DNA of 64,000 nucleotides from Candidatus Eremiobacteria bacterium (GCA_963737065.1 CAVTRC010000001.1:1056001-1120000), one strand, 5' to 3'. Positions 13,849 to 24,701 are shown, counted from the first letter of the stretch. The notes: a model not told the origin generated them from the sequence alone. Made by a program: numbers and translations.

Positions 13849-14283
13849 TCAGCGTTCGCGCAGCTGGTCGATCATTTCACGATCGCGTTCGTCGCTAGTC
13901 GGCTCGCCGGCGAGCCACGCTGCGAGAATCTCTTCGCCGACGATCGGTGTCGTGGCTCGCAACGAAAGGGCAAGAACGTTGGCGTCGTTCCAGGTTCGTG
14001 CTCCGGACGCGGTTGCGGCATCCGCACACAATGCCGCGCGAACGCCTTTCACTTTATTTGCCGCAATGCTGACGCCGGTGCCGGTCCAGCAGCAAACGAT
14101 GCCGGTTTCGCAACGGCCGCCGGCTACCGCTTCGCCGACGGCACGCCCCACCGACGGCCACGCATCGTCATCGCCGGGTGCGAGCGCACCGAAGCGCATC
14201 ACCGTGTGTCCGGCATGCTGCAATGCGCGTTCCAAAGCGGCAGGCAGTTCGCCGCGTTCATCGCTTCCGAGGGCGATTCGCAT
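13849..14283 (-). CDS. rpiB: RpiB/LacA/LacB family sugar-phosphate isomerase
   Basis: MRIALGSD, CWTGTGVSIAANKVKGVRAALC, WNDANVLAL. Confidence 0.9.
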   Translation of the reverse strand: MRIALGSDERGELPAALERALQHAGHTVMRFGALAPGDDDAWPSVGRAVGEAVAGGRCETGIVCCWTGTGVSIAANKVKGVRAALCADAATASGARTWNDANVLALSLRATTPIVGEEILAAWLAGEPTSDERDREMIDQLRER

Positions 14284-14310
14284 GGCGAACGCTTCACCGC
14301 CGCATGCGGA

Positions 14311-14709
14311 TTACCCGTGGATGATCGTGATTTCGTTTGCGTTGATCGAGCCGTCGGCATTGACCGTACCGATGACGTCAACGGTTTGCCCGTTGCCGAT
14401 CGTTTCGCCACGAGGATTGATGATCGTTCCTTGATGCAGGTGAATCTGTTTATACGTTTGCAGCGGCATCGCGATCTGCAAATCGTAACGCCGGAAATAC
14501 GTTACTTGTCCGCGCACGTGATTTGGATCGGCGCCGAGCGGTGCAACGATATCGCCCGTAACTTTATTGATGATTCCTTGCACCACGTTACCGACGCCCG
14601 GCGGAATCGACGGCGCGCTGATCGGCTGCGACGGCGGCGCGGGTGACGGGGACGGTGTCGCTCCGAGCAAGAGGACGCCCGCGATAACGGCGACAACTCG
14701 AGTTTTCAT
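14311..14709 (-). CDS. Hypothetical secreted protein, OB-fold-like
   Basis: Signal peptide and Pro-rich linker, IHLHQGTIINPRG. Confidence 0.7.
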   Translation of the reverse strand: MKTRVVAVIAGVLLLGATPSPSPAPPSQPISAPSIPPGVGNVVQGIINKVTGDIVAPLGADPNHVRGQVTYFRRYDLQIAMPLQTYKQIHLHQGTIINPRGETIGNGQTVDVIGTVNADGSINANEITIIHG

Positions 14710-14757
14710 ATTGGATGAACGGCTCACGATAAGCGATAGGTTCCGCATGGAGCGCAC

Positions 14758-15414
14758 ATGCGATTAGCGGCGACGGTCATGCTCCTGCGTGATTGCTCCG
14801 AGGGGATCGAGGTGCTCATGGTCCGGCGCAGCAGCCGAAGCGCGTTTGCGCCTGATGCGTTCGTCTTTCCGGGCGGCACGGTCGATCCCGGCGACTACGC
14901 CGCCGAAGCGAACGACCGCGCAGCGATCATTGCCGGTGAATTCCGCGCGCGAACACCGGATGCATTACCGACCACCGAGGAACCGGTCGGCGGAGCTCAT
15001 CCGGCTGCGCTCGTCGCCGCCGCCGTGCGCGAGTTGCGTGAAGAGGCCGCCGTCGGCATCGAAGCCGATCGTCTCGTCCTGTTCTCGCATTGGATTACCC
15101 CGCCCACCGAGCCGCGGCGTTACAACACGCACTTTTTTATTGCCGCGGACGACGAAGGAGCCGCGGCAAGCGCGGATGCCGTCGAAACGCATGACGCGCA
15201 GTGGATCGCGCCGGCTGTTGCGCTCGCGCGCTACGCGCGCGGCGAGATGCACCTGGTCTATCCGACGATGAAACATCTCGAACGGCTTGCAACGTTTCGC
15301 TGCGTTGCCGACGCGCTCGAGTATGCGCGGACGAAACCGATTTTGACGATCATGCCCGATCGCGCGCCCTCCGAAGGATTCGTCATGCCGGCCGAATTGG
15401 AAGGGGCGTGGTGA
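14758..15414 (+). CDS. NUDIX hydrolase (NUDT19-like)
   Basis: AATVMLLRD, FVFPGG, AAVRELREEA, HWITP..RRYNTHFF. Confidence 0.9.
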   Translation: MRLAATVMLLRDCSEGIEVLMVRRSSRSAFAPDAFVFPGGTVDPGDYAAEANDRAAIIAGEFRARTPDALPTTEEPVGGAHPAALVAAAVRELREEAAVGIEADRLVLFSHWITPPTEPRRYNTHFFIAADDEGAAASADAVETHDAQWIAPAVALARYARGEMHLVYPTMKHLERLATFRCVADALEYARTKPILTIMPDRAPSEGFVMPAELEGAW

Positions 15415-16328
15415 GCTGCATCGCGCTCGTCCGCGCACCAAACCCGTCGGCAATGACGCTGACCGGAACGAACTCGTACGTCATCGATGCCGGCGGCGGC
15501 GAAGCGCTCGTCATCGATCCGGGTCCGCTCCTTGAACGGCACGTCGATGCGCTGATCGACAACGCGCGCTCGCGCGGCTTGACGATCGCCGGGATTGCTC
15601 TCACGCACGGACATCCCGATCACGCGCCCGCGGCAGCGCTCCTCGCTCAACGTACGGCCGCAGGTGTTTACGCGCATCCGCATTCCGACGTTCAGCGCGA
15701 CGGTGACCTGCCGCTCGATGCCGATTGGCGCATCGGCGCACTGACGTTGCGCGTCATCGATGCGCCGGGACATACCTTCGAACATGTCGTCTTCTACGAG
15801 CCGCAAGAACGCGCGCTCTTTACCGGCGACGTGATTCTCGGTGAAGGCACCGTCGTTATCGCGCCGCCGGGCGGTGCAATGCGTCCGTACATGAAGACGC
15901 TCGCGCGACTGCGCGACGAGTTTTCGAACGCACGGCGCATTTACGGTGGGCACGGCCCGATCGTCGAGCGAGCGCGCGAAAAGATCGATGAATATATCGC
16001 GCACCGCGACATGCGGCAGAACGAGTTACTCGAGGCGCTGCGTGAAGGTCCGCAAACGATTCCCGAACTCGTGCAACGGATCTACGGTGATACGCGGCGC
16101 ATCCTGTGGCCGGCTGCCGCACGACAAATGCTCGCGTACTTGATACCGCTGACGGAAGAAGGCGTCGTTCACGCCGTGCGCCTCGATCGCCCGCTCGCAG
16201 CGGACGAAATGGCGATCCTCAATCCAGCGTGGGAATCGATCGTCGGCGCCGAACACGCCCCGGTCATCGAAGCGGAACTCGGCGCCATGCTGAGACTCGA
16301 TACAATTTACGAATACAGCTTGCGCTAG
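15411..16328 (+). CDS. MBL-fold metallo-hydrolase (LACTB2-like)
   Basis: APNPSAMTLTGTNSY, THGHPDH, APGHT, FTGD. Confidence 0.92.
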   Translation: MSCIALVRAPNPSAMTLTGTNSYVIDAGGGEALVIDPGPLLERHVDALIDNARSRGLTIAGIALTHGHPDHAPAAALLAQRTAAGVYAHPHSDVQRDGDLPLDADWRIGALTLRVIDAPGHTFEHVVFYEPQERALFTGDVILGEGTVVIAPPGGAMRPYMKTLARLRDEFSNARRIYGGHGPIVERAREKIDEYIAHRDMRQNELLEALREGPQTIPELVQRIYGDTRRILWPAAARQMLAYLIPLTEEGVVHAVRLDRPLAADEMAILNPAWESIVGAEHAPVIEAELGAMLRLDTIYEYSLR

Positions 16329-16329
16329 A

Positions 16330-17298
16330 CTAATCGATGCGCAGGACGATCTTTCCGAATTGCTCGGCGTTTGCCATGCGTTCGGCGGCGGCCGCCGCAT
16401 CGTTCATTTCCTCGACCCGATCGATCGCCGGACGCACGTCCGCTTCAAACATCCTCAGCATCGCGGCGAAATCGGCCGGACTCCCCATTGACGTTCCGCG
16501 GATGTCGATGTGATTCCAGAACACCGGAAAGAGACGCAGCGTCGCTTCCGGTCGCGTTCCGCCGTAGATCACGAGCCGGCCGCCGGGACGCAGCACCGAC
16601 ATTGCTTTCGAAAGCGTATCGCCGCCCGAGGAGTCGACGACGATGTCGACCTCACCGCGTTTGAGGCTCTTCTGCCACTCGGGCGTTTCGCGATAATTGA
16701 TCGCAAGGTCGGCGCCGAGCGCCTTCGCGCGTTGCAGTTTGTCGTTGTCGCCCGACGTAACGATCGTGCGCGCACCGGCGGCTTTCGCGAAAACGAGGAC
16801 AAACGTTTGTACGCCGCCGCCGACCCCTGGAATGAGGATCGTTTCGCCGGCTTTCAATCCGCCGCGCGTGAACGTCGCCCGATACGCGGTGAGTCCCGCA
16901 AGCGGTATTGCCGCAGCCTCTTCCATCGATAATGCGCGCGGCTTCGGATACACGTTCGCTTTAGGGACGCTGACGTATTGCGCGAACGTGCCGTCACGCG
17001 GCATGCCGAGGATCGAGGCGTCGGCTCGCCACACGTTCGGATCGCCGCCCCATCCGATCATCGGGTCGATGACGACCTCTTCACCCGTCGCTTCGAGGAT
17101 ACCGGCACCGTCCGAGCCCAGCGTGCGCGGCAGTTCGATGTTCGGATAGAGCCCTTGCGTGATGAAGACGTCGCGCCGATTCAACGCCGCCGCACGCACA
17201 CGCACGAGCACTTCATCTTCGCGCGGTACGGGACGTTCGATCTCTTCGATGCGCAGATTCTGCGGACCGCCGATTTGCTGCAGCCGAATCGCTTTCAT
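16330..17298 (-). CDS. MDR family NAD(P)H:quinone oxidoreductase-like protein
   Basis: AAALNRRD, GSDGAG, PGVGGGV, QFGKIVL. Confidence 0.9.
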   Translation of the reverse strand: MKAIRLQQIGGPQNLRIEEIERPVPREDEVLVRVRAAALNRRDVFITQGLYPNIELPRTLGSDGAGILEATGEEVVIDPMIGWGGDPNVWRADASILGMPRDGTFAQYVSVPKANVYPKPRALSMEEAAAIPLAGLTAYRATFTRGGLKAGETILIPGVGGGVQTFVLVFAKAAGARTIVTSGDNDKLQRAKALGADLAINYRETPEWQKSLKRGEVDIVVDSSGGDTLSKAMSVLRPGGRLVIYGGTRPEATLRLFPVFWNHIDIRGTSMGSPADFAAMLRMFEADVRPAIDRVEEMNDAAAAAERMANAEQFGKIVLRID

Positions 17299-17317
17299 CC
17301 GCCCATTGTAACCGAAA

Positions 17318-19630
17318 CTACGTTTTGAGCGTTACGATGAAACGCAAGCCGAACGGTTCGATGTTGTATCGGTCCGTCGGCAGCGGTACTCCGCCCAAAC
17401 CCAAGTACGGAACGCCGCCGCCGAATCTCGTGTAGCGCCCCGCGGCGTCGCTGAAGATGTTCGTTGCGCGCAAACTGACGTCGGTGAATTTATTGAGTCC
17501 TACACCCACCGTCGCATTGATTACCGTAAACGGCTGCTGATTCAGTTCGTTGTTGTTGCCGCGGAAGATCGCTTGCGTTCCGGCATGCCAGCCGTTTTGC
17601 GCCCAATCGATTTCCAGCGATCCTTGCTGCTGCGCAATCCCGGGAAACTGCGTGTTGTCGACGAGATTTGCGGCGGACGTCGGATTTGAAAAGTCCGCCG
17701 TGAGATCTTTCGGATACGCGACGTTCAGGCCGTACATCGCGGTCAAAAACAGATGCTGTGGAACGAAGCGCTGCACGAACCGGATTTCCGCACCTTGGTA
17801 CACGGCGTTCCCGACGTTGCTGTTGTACGAGATGCAGCCCGGTACCGGCGCGGAAGGCGTTTGCGACGCACATGCTCCGGACTGCGCAAGTTGGAGGGGA
17901 TAATAAATCTCGATCGGGTTGCGGAGATTCGTCTGGTAGAGCGATACGTCGAGCGTCGCCGATGGGAACTGATGCGAGACGCCCAGTTCGTATTCCGTCG
18001 CGCGCTCCGGCACTTCGTTTGGACTGCCTTGGCCGACGAAAACGCCGAGCGCGTCTTGCGCGAGTTGATCGAGCGGGAATTGGTAGCGTTCGATCAGGAG
18101 CGGCGCGCGGAATCCCGTCCCTAGCGAGAAACGGAACGCCGTAGACGGCGCGGAGTTGTAGATCAAGCCCAGCCGCGCGTCAAGGTTTGAACCGAACGTC
18201 GTGTATCGCGATTCGAAAAGCCCCGCGTCAACGCGGAGTTTCGGCGACGCCTGCAATCCACCGCGCGCGAAGAACACGTTCATCGTTTGTCCGAGCAGCG
18301 GCGCCGATCCGTCCGGCGCGACGAACGCGAGCGACTCGTAACGCGTATATCCGCCGATCGCGTACTCCGATGTACCGAACGCGCGAGTCCAGTTCAGTCC
18401 AAAATTGTAGCGCTTGTCGACGTGATCGACATCGTAAGCCGGATCGCTCGGCGGCCCGAACAACGCGATGTTGTTATTGCTCGCATACACATCGGTCGCA
18501 AGTTCGCCCGCGCCGAGCGGCGCCTGCGCGCGGACCTGATATGCGCGCACCGTTTGCGCGTACGATTGGCTTCCCGGTCCGATGAAGTAACCGTAGGTCG
18601 GGCTTGCGGAGTTCCCGTCGATCCCGTTGACGCCGCTGCTTTGGTCGTTGTTGTCGCCGAGCACGAAGACGCGTGCGGCGATATTGGCGCGCGGCGAGAA
18701 GTTCCAGGTCAGGTTTGCGAGCGCCGTATGCGCCGCGCTGCTCGATCCCAGAAATGCCGTCGTGCCGCAATTCTGCGGACATCCCGGCGTGACGCCGGCG
18801 GTGTAGAGCGTTTGCGATTGGTTGGCGTAGCCGGTTTGATTCTGATCGTCAAGCGCGAACGCATAGCCGAGTTTGCCGTGCGTTCCCGTACCGTTCAACC
18901 ATTGCTCGCTCTCGCCGAACGAGCCGACCGACTCTTGAAACGAAAAATGCGGTTGGAGCGTCGGACGCAACGACACCATATTGATCGAACCGCCAAAGGT
19001 GTTGCTGCCATTGGCATCTTCCGGTCCGAGGCCTTCGGTGACGTTGACGGACGAAAGCGCGGCAACGGGGAAATGCGCGAAGTTCAAGTCGCCGGTATTG
19101 CCGTCATTAAGCAGTTGTCCGTCAAGTGCATCGAGTGACTCCGAAGGGTCAGGGCCTCGAAGCGCGACGACCGCGATGGCGGCAGCGGAGCCGCCGTCGG
19201 GCCGCGCAAACACGGTCCCGGGAATCGCCGCAAGCGCTTGAACGATGCGGCTGTCGTTCATCCGGTCCATATCGGCGCGCGTAACGGTGACTGCAGGAAT
19301 CGCGCCGCGCACCGGCGTCAGCCGGCCGTCAACGGTCACTGAAGCAATCGTTCGCAGTGTCGGCGCATCGACGGGTTCGAGCGTTACGTCCACGGTTGTG
19401 TCCTGCCGGATCGCGAGATCGACCGACGCTCCGACGTATCCCTTTGCGGAAATATCCAGCTGGTGGCTTCCGGGAGAGACGACTAACGAAAACGTTCCGT
19501 CCGCGGCTGAAACACTCGAGCTACCGGAGGAGCGTTCGACGGCAATGCGAGCGTCTGCAACGGGTGTCCCGGATGCCGCGTGCACGTGTCCGCTAATGAC
19601 GCAGCAGACGGCGAGTAACAAGAAGCTCAT
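17318..19630 (-). CDS. TonB-dependent receptor with N-terminal carboxypeptidase-regulatory-like domain
   Basis: Signal peptide, plug-like LRG..DG..GGSIN, beta-barrel pattern, GFRAP, PERATEYELG, NIF. Confidence 0.85.
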   Translation of the reverse strand: MSFLLLAVCCVISGHVHAASGTPVADARIAVERSSGSSSVSAADGTFSLVVSPGSHQLDISAKGYVGASVDLAIRQDTTVDVTLEPVDAPTLRTIASVTVDGRLTPVRGAIPAVTVTRADMDRMNDSRIVQALAAIPGTVFARPDGGSAAAIAVVALRGPDPSESLDALDGQLLNDGNTGDLNFAHFPVAALSSVNVTEGLGPEDANGSNTFGGSINMVSLRPTLQPHFSFQESVGSFGESEQWLNGTGTHGKLGYAFALDDQNQTGYANQSQTLYTAGVTPGCPQNCGTTAFLGSSSAAHTALANLTWNFSPRANIAARVFVLGDNNDQSSGVNGIDGNSASPTYGYFIGPGSQSYAQTVRAYQVRAQAPLGAGELATDVYASNNNIALFGPPSDPAYDVDHVDKRYNFGLNWTRAFGTSEYAIGGYTRYESLAFVAPDGSAPLLGQTMNVFFARGGLQASPKLRVDAGLFESRYTTFGSNLDARLGLIYNSAPSTAFRFSLGTGFRAPLLIERYQFPLDQLAQDALGVFVGQGSPNEVPERATEYELGVSHQFPSATLDVSLYQTNLRNPIEIYYPLQLAQSGACASQTPSAPVPGCISYNSNVGNAVYQGAEIRFVQRFVPQHLFLTAMYGLNVAYPKDLTADFSNPTSAANLVDNTQFPGIAQQQGSLEIDWAQNGWHAGTQAIFRGNNNELNQQPFTVINATVGVGLNKFTDVSLRATNIFSDAAGRYTRFGGGVPYLGLGGVPLPTDRYNIEPFGLRFIVTLKT

Positions 19631-19709
19631 TGCGTCAACTTTTCTGGCGCAAACTTAAGGATCGCTGAGAACCGCAGGCGGTCTGACGTCATGCGCTAAA
19701 TCACGCGGG

Positions 19710-19964
19710 ATGGCTAAGCCAGGCAAAGTGGTCAAGGCGGTGTTCCGCGGCATCGCGCGGATGGAAGGGCAATATGCGATCGACGTCGGCCCGATCCGCG
19801 CAACCGGGATGCCCGCGATTTTCGTCGCGATTACGGGTGTCGTTCTGGCCGGCGGATTCGCTGCGATGCTCTCCAAGAACGCGGCGCGGCTTCCCGAAAC
19901 CTTGCGCGAGGCGCGCGGGTTGGCGGAGACGTTGCGCGGCGACCGGCGACGGCTCAACGCGTAG
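19710..19964 (+). CDS. Small hypothetical membrane protein
   Basis: One TM helix; directly upstream of bolA. Confidence 0.55.
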   Translation: MAKPGKVVKAVFRGIARMEGQYAIDVGPIRATGMPAIFVAITGVVLAGGFAAMLSKNAARLPETLREARGLAETLRGDRRRLNA

Positions 19965-19975
19965 AATATTGCTGT

Positions 19976-20212
19976 ATGATCGATAACGACTCGCTCACGG
20001 CGCTGATCCGCCGCAACCTGCCCGACGCCGACGTCGACATTTTCGACCGCACGGGTACGATGGATCACTTCAATATCACGGTTCGGTCGTCGGCGTTTGC
20101 GGGCAAAACGCTCATCGAACAGCATCAGTTGGTTTACGGCGCGCTCAAGGGAGCGCTTAACGACGGACGCGTCCACGCGGTCGAACTCACAACTCTCGTC
20201 AGCGCGAGTTAG
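19976..20212 (+). CDS. bolA: BolA family protein
   Basis: DHF..V.S..FAGKTLIEQHQLVY..L..VHAVEL. Confidence 0.92.
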   Translation: MIDNDSLTALIRRNLPDADVDIFDRTGTMDHFNITVRSSAFAGKTLIEQHQLVYGALKGALNDGRVHAVELTTLVSAS

Positions 20213-20221
20213 GAACAATCC

Positions 20222-20578
20222 ATGTCGGAACAACTCAAAGAAGAAATCGAGCGAGAAGTCGCAGCTAATAAAATCCTCGTGTACGGCAAAGGCACCAAAG
20301 CTATGCCGCGCTGTGGATTCACGCTCGAGACGGTCGAATTTTTTACGCACTTCGGCTATCCGTTCGAAGTGGTCGACGTACTCGAAAACATGCCCAAGCG
20401 CGAAGCGCTCTCCGAAATGACGAACTGGCCGACGTTGCCGAAGGTCTTCATCAACGGCAAATTCTACGGCGATACCGACATTCTCGGTCCGATGGCGGAA
20501 AACGGCGAGTTGCAAACGGTGTTGACGGAGACGTTCGGCAGCGAACCACAGCAGAAGACGACGATCAATCTTCGCTGA
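20222..20578 (+). CDS. grxD: Monothiol glutaredoxin (Grx4 family)
   Basis: KGT..PRCGFT, NWPTLPKVFING. Confidence 0.88.
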   Translation: MSEQLKEEIEREVAANKILVYGKGTKAMPRCGFTLETVEFFTHFGYPFEVVDVLENMPKREALSEMTNWPTLPKVFINGKFYGDTDILGPMAENGELQTVLTETFGSEPQQKTTINLR

Positions 20579-20579
20579 C

Positions 20580-21422
20580 GTGGCGTATACGACGCTGATC
20601 GAGGCGGAAACGCTCCGCGATCGCCTCGACGATCCGTCGTGGGTGATCGTCGATTGCCGGCACGCACTCGCCGATTTCTCGCTCGGGCGCAAACTCTACG
20701 AAGACTCGCATATTCCCGGCGCGTTCTTCGCGAATGTCGAAACCGACCTCGCCGGAGAGCAGACGGGAAACAACGGGCGTCATCCGCTCCCCGACCCGCA
20801 AGCGTTTGCGGCGTATCTCGAAGCGATCGGCGTGCACGATAAGACGCAGATCGTCAGCTATGACGGTGGCGGCGATATGTTCGCGGCGCGTTTGTGGTTG
20901 CTATGCCGTTGGATCGGCCACGATGCCGTCGCGGTGCTGGACGGCGGCTTTGCCGCCTGGACCGCGGCCGGATACGACGTTACTGCTGCGCCGTCCGCAG
21001 CACGCGGAGTCGGCAACGTGCGCGTGAAGCTCAACGACCGGCTCGTTGTCGACGCTGCGTACGTGCGCGATCATCTGAGCCATACGGGCATGCAGCTCGT
21101 CGACGCGCGGGGCGCCGATCGTTTCCGCGGAGAAAACGAGACAATCGACCCCGTTGCGGGCCACATTCCCGGCGCGCGAAACCGGCCGTTCCGAGAGAAT
21201 TTCGCGCCCGACGCACGATTCCGATCGTCCGACGAACTGCGCCGCGCGTTCGCCGTATTCGGCGAACCGGCGAACATCGTGCATCAATGCGGCTCGGGCG
21301 TCTCTGCGGCAGCAAACTTACTCGCAATGGAAATCGCGGGCCTCCAAGGGTCGCGGGTGTACGCGGGCTCGTGGAGCGAATGGGTCGCCGATCCGTCGCG
21401 GCCCGTTACGACGACCGAGTAG
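20580..21422 (+). CDS. sseA: Two-domain rhodanese / 3-mercaptopyruvate sulfurtransferase
   Basis: HIPGA twice, GRHPLP, CGSGVSA, YAGSWSEW. Confidence 0.92.
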   Translation: MAYTTLIEAETLRDRLDDPSWVIVDCRHALADFSLGRKLYEDSHIPGAFFANVETDLAGEQTGNNGRHPLPDPQAFAAYLEAIGVHDKTQIVSYDGGGDMFAARLWLLCRWIGHDAVAVLDGGFAAWTAAGYDVTAAPSAARGVGNVRVKLNDRLVVDAAYVRDHLSHTGMQLVDARGADRFRGENETIDPVAGHIPGARNRPFRENFAPDARFRSSDELRRAFAVFGEPANIVHQCGSGVSAAANLLAMEIAGLQGSRVYAGSWSEWVADPSRPVTTTE

Positions 21423-22683
21423 GGTGCCTCCACGTGACGATGAGGACGGCGGCTGCGACGACCACAATGATCAACAGTACGGCAAGCACCACCAGATTCG
21501 TCACCGAACGCACGTAGGTGCCCGCGCAATGCGCGTAGTGCTCGCCGAAGGCGATCTGCGCGCAGCGGTATGTCTGCCAGCGGTGCGTGGTGACGTCATT
21601 CATCATATAGCCCCAGACGTCGTACGCTTGCATCCAGCGGTCGCGCACAGCGGGATCGAACGCGATTCGTCGGCTTAACGCCTCGAGCTCCGGAGCGGTG
21701 AATGCGTTCACACCGAACATGGCGTCGAAACTCTGTTGCGGCAGCCATCCCAGATCGGGATCGTACGTATACGGAACGATGTTCCGCAGCGTGCGGCCGT
21801 CGATATCCAAACGGAAGAATGCCGGCTCGTTGCGGTAGACCGGCGAGAGCGATGAACCGACGAACATCGGTACGCCGCTCGGCACGCGGAAATCGTACCG
21901 ATGCGTATGCCCGGCGATTGCAAACGGCACGTTGTCGCGATGTTCGGCGAGTAACGTTCGCAACGCCGTGTCGAAGTGCGGTCGCAAATAGGGAACCGCG
22001 AGCAGGCGTTGCGCATCCGTCGTGCTTTCGGGATCGTATCCCGGCGGCATGTGCATGACGAGCACGTCGGCACCGCTCGAGAGCGTTTGCGCGAGCCATT
22101 GCATCTCTTTGCCGCCCGGATCACGCACGGTTGACTGGCACGAGCCTCGATAGAAAAACGACCAAAAGACGCTGTTGGCCACGACGCCGCGCAAGCCGTT
22201 CGGCAACGCGGCAGTGTAATATGCGCCGCGCGTATACGCGCCGATAAAGCCCGGTGATGCTCCGCGCCGGTTGACGAGCGGCTCGAATATGCGCGCGACC
22301 GCGGCGTTATACGTTCCGCCCGCTTCGCTTCGATAGTCACCGCACGGATCGTCGTTGTTTCCGACCGCAACGACGAACTGCGCGTTCGGGAATGCCTTGT
22401 CGAGCGTCGACGCGATCGTGCGAATCGTGTCAACGCCGGCCGCATACGGATCGCGATGCGCGCGGCGCGCGCGCGCCGGAAATGAGTGCGCGAGCAAATC
22501 GCCGGCGATAACGATGACCGAGGCGTCGGGAACGCGCCGCTTCATTTCGTCGACGCTCGAATCGAACAAGGCGATGTTCGTGTCCTCCGAGCGCCCCGCA
22601 GGCGGCCCGGCATCGTACGGATTCAAATGGATGTCGTTCAACACGAGCCAGTGCAGCATGACCGCCGCGAGCACTGCGATCAT
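21406..22683 (-). CDS. Calcineurin-like metallophosphoesterase (ASMase/SMPDL3-like) with C-terminal TM anchor
   Basis: NDIH, AGDLLAH, VGNND, MHMPP, AGHTH. Confidence 0.85.
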   Translation of the reverse strand: MIAVLAAVMLHWLVLNDIHLNPYDAGPPAGRSEDTNIALFDSSVDEMKRRVPDASVIVIAGDLLAHSFPARARRAHRDPYAAGVDTIRTIASTLDKAFPNAQFVVAVGNNDDPCGDYRSEAGGTYNAAVARIFEPLVNRRGASPGFIGAYTRGAYYTAALPNGLRGVVANSVFWSFFYRGSCQSTVRDPGGKEMQWLAQTLSSGADVLVMHMPPGYDPESTTDAQRLLAVPYLRPHFDTALRTLLAEHRDNVPFAIAGHTHRYDFRVPSGVPMFVGSSLSPVYRNEPAFFRLDIDGRTLRNIVPYTYDPDLGWLPQQSFDAMFGVNAFTAPELEALSRRIAFDPAVRDRWMQAYDVWGYMMNDVTTHRWQTYRCAQIAFGEHYAHCAGTYVRSVTNLVVLAVLLIIVVVAAAVLIVTWRHPTRSS

Positions 22684-24155
22684 GGTGTAGCCGTAGCTGC
22701 GGGCGTTGCAGACGGCGCCGACGTCGGTGTCGCAGCCGGCAACGCCGCCGGAGGCGCAGACGGATGCGTTCCCAGTTCAGGCTGCACCTGCGGTGACGCG
22801 CACGCGCCATACGCGGTCGCGCTCAACGCGACGTTCGCGCACCAGTATGCGTGCCACTGCGCATCCGGAATCAACGCGCGCCCGCTGCTGCCGTCGTAAA
22901 ACTCATCGAAACGCCGGCGAACCCGATCGTCGCCGAGGATTTGGTTTTGCACGCTTGCAAGGTGCGATGCATCGATCGTCCCGTGACCGAACACACTGTC
23001 GAAGTCATATTCGCGCCGCCAGTTTGCTGCGACGCGGCCGTTCTTTGCGAGCGCCGGCAAGTCGTCGAGCACGAACGCCTGCGCATCCTGTACGCTTGCG
23101 TTCGTATCATCGATGCGCAGGAGCGTGAACGAGGGATTGTTCGAATAAATCGGGCTGATCGACGGAACGACGAGCATCGGAACCGCCGGGCGGCTCGGGT
23201 CGGGTCCGATCACCCGAAAACTGTTCATATGCGTATGACCCGCGATCGCCATCATCGTATGCGGTGCGGAGAGCAGCGCGTTGACGAACACATCGTTATA
23301 GTGTGGAGTTAAAAACTGCACCGCGGAGCCGTTTGCGGCTCGCTGCGTGGCGTACGGATCGATGCCGGGCGGTATGTGCGCGATGATCCAGACGTTGCCG
23401 GACATCAACCCATGAAGCGTGCTCGTCAGCCATGCCGCTTCATCCCCGCCCGGATCACTCGTTGCCTGCCCACAGCTATTGCGATACTGCGCCGACCAAA
23501 ATACGTCGTTGACGACCACCGCATGCGCGTTCGCCGCGGGAAGCGGTACCGTGTAGTAGCCGCCGGTCGCAAACTGTGCGGCAAAAGCGTTCGGATTCGG
23601 TGCGCCGACGGAGCCGCCCCACGACGCAGCCATCGACGCGAGAAACCCGCTGCCCGGAGCGCCCTGATAATCACCGCAGTAACTGTCGTTGTTCCCGATC
23701 GCGGGCAATAGCCGCGCGCGCGGAAACGCAGTTTGGAATTCATTGGCGAGAAACCGGATCGTGTCGTCGACGAACGACGCGTAGCGCGCGTCGCCATGAT
23801 TACGCACGAGCCGGTCGAACTTCGCGCGAAAACCGTGCGCAAGAAAATCACCCGAAATAATGACGACCGGCGGGTCGTTCACGCGATTGCGCATTGCCTC
23901 GAGCGCCGATTCCAGAAGCGCAAAATTGGTATCAGCGCCGTAGTTTGCGTACGGCTGGGGACCTTGCGACGAGAAGATTTCGCGCCATCGAAGGGCGGGA
24001 GCCGATGCGAGCCGCTCGACGATACGCGGGTCGGCAAAGGGATCGAAATGAACGTCGCTGACGACCAGCCACTCTTGCGTTGCTGCGGCCGCGCGTTGCG
24101 TCATACCAACGAGGAGCAAGCAGGCAAGAAGCACGAACGCAATGCTACGCATCAT
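22680..24155 (-). CDS. Secreted calcineurin-like metallophosphoesterase (ASMase/SMPDL3-like)
   Basis: Signal peptide; SDVH, SGDFLAH, IGNND, AHIPP, AGHTH, PSISP..NNP. Confidence 0.88.
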   Translation of the reverse strand: MMRSIAFVLLACLLLVGMTQRAAAATQEWLVVSDVHFDPFADPRIVERLASAPALRWREIFSSQGPQPYANYGADTNFALLESALEAMRNRVNDPPVVIISGDFLAHGFRAKFDRLVRNHGDARYASFVDDTIRFLANEFQTAFPRARLLPAIGNNDSYCGDYQGAPGSGFLASMAASWGGSVGAPNPNAFAAQFATGGYYTVPLPAANAHAVVVNDVFWSAQYRNSCGQATSDPGGDEAAWLTSTLHGLMSGNVWIIAHIPPGIDPYATQRAANGSAVQFLTPHYNDVFVNALLSAPHTMMAIAGHTHMNSFRVIGPDPSRPAVPMLVVPSISPIYSNNPSFTLLRIDDTNASVQDAQAFVLDDLPALAKNGRVAANWRREYDFDSVFGHGTIDASHLASVQNQILGDDRVRRRFDEFYDGSSGRALIPDAQWHAYWCANVALSATAYGACASPQVQPELGTHPSAPPAALPAATPTSAPSATPAATATP

Positions 24156-24186
24156 TACCCAGCGCGCATTTTCGGAGGACGAGGCG

Positions 24187-24651
24187 ATGTCCCGCTATTG
24201 GCTATTCAAAAGCGAGCCGGACGGATACAGCTTCGAGCGGTTGTGCAACGATCGTACGACGCCATGGAGCGGTGTGCGGAACTTTCAAGCGCGCAATAAC
24301 ATGATGGAGATGCGCGTCGGAGATCTCGGCTTCTTCTATCATTCAAGCATCGCCGAACCGGCGGCGGTCGGCATCGTGCGCGTAGTAAAACGGGCGTATC
24401 CCGATTTTACCGCGTTTGAGAAGGACGGCGAATATTACGATCCGCGCAGCACGCCGGACAAACCAAAATGGATGATGGTCGACGTCGAATACGTCGAACC
24501 GCTCGAACATCCGGTAACGCTCGCGCGCATGCGCGAGGATTCGCGGTTGGTTGCGATGCCGTTACTGAAGCGCGGCCAGCGGTTGTCCGTCCAACCCGTC
24601 ATGCCGCACGAATGGAAGATCGTGCTCGAACTCTCGAAGACGGCGGAATAA
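24187..24651 (+). CDS. EVE domain protein
   Basis: YWLFKSEP, WSGVRNFQARN, FFYHS, RLSVQPV. Confidence 0.95.
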   Translation: MSRYWLFKSEPDGYSFERLCNDRTTPWSGVRNFQARNNMMEMRVGDLGFFYHSSIAEPAAVGIVRVVKRAYPDFTAFEKDGEYYDPRSTPDKPKWMMVDVEYVEPLEHPVTLARMREDSRLVAMPLLKRGQRLSVQPVMPHEWKIVLELSKTAE

Positions 24652-24701
24652 AAAGCCGGGACCGCCGTAGCGGATCCCGGTAACCATCAATCGCGCGTTG
24701 G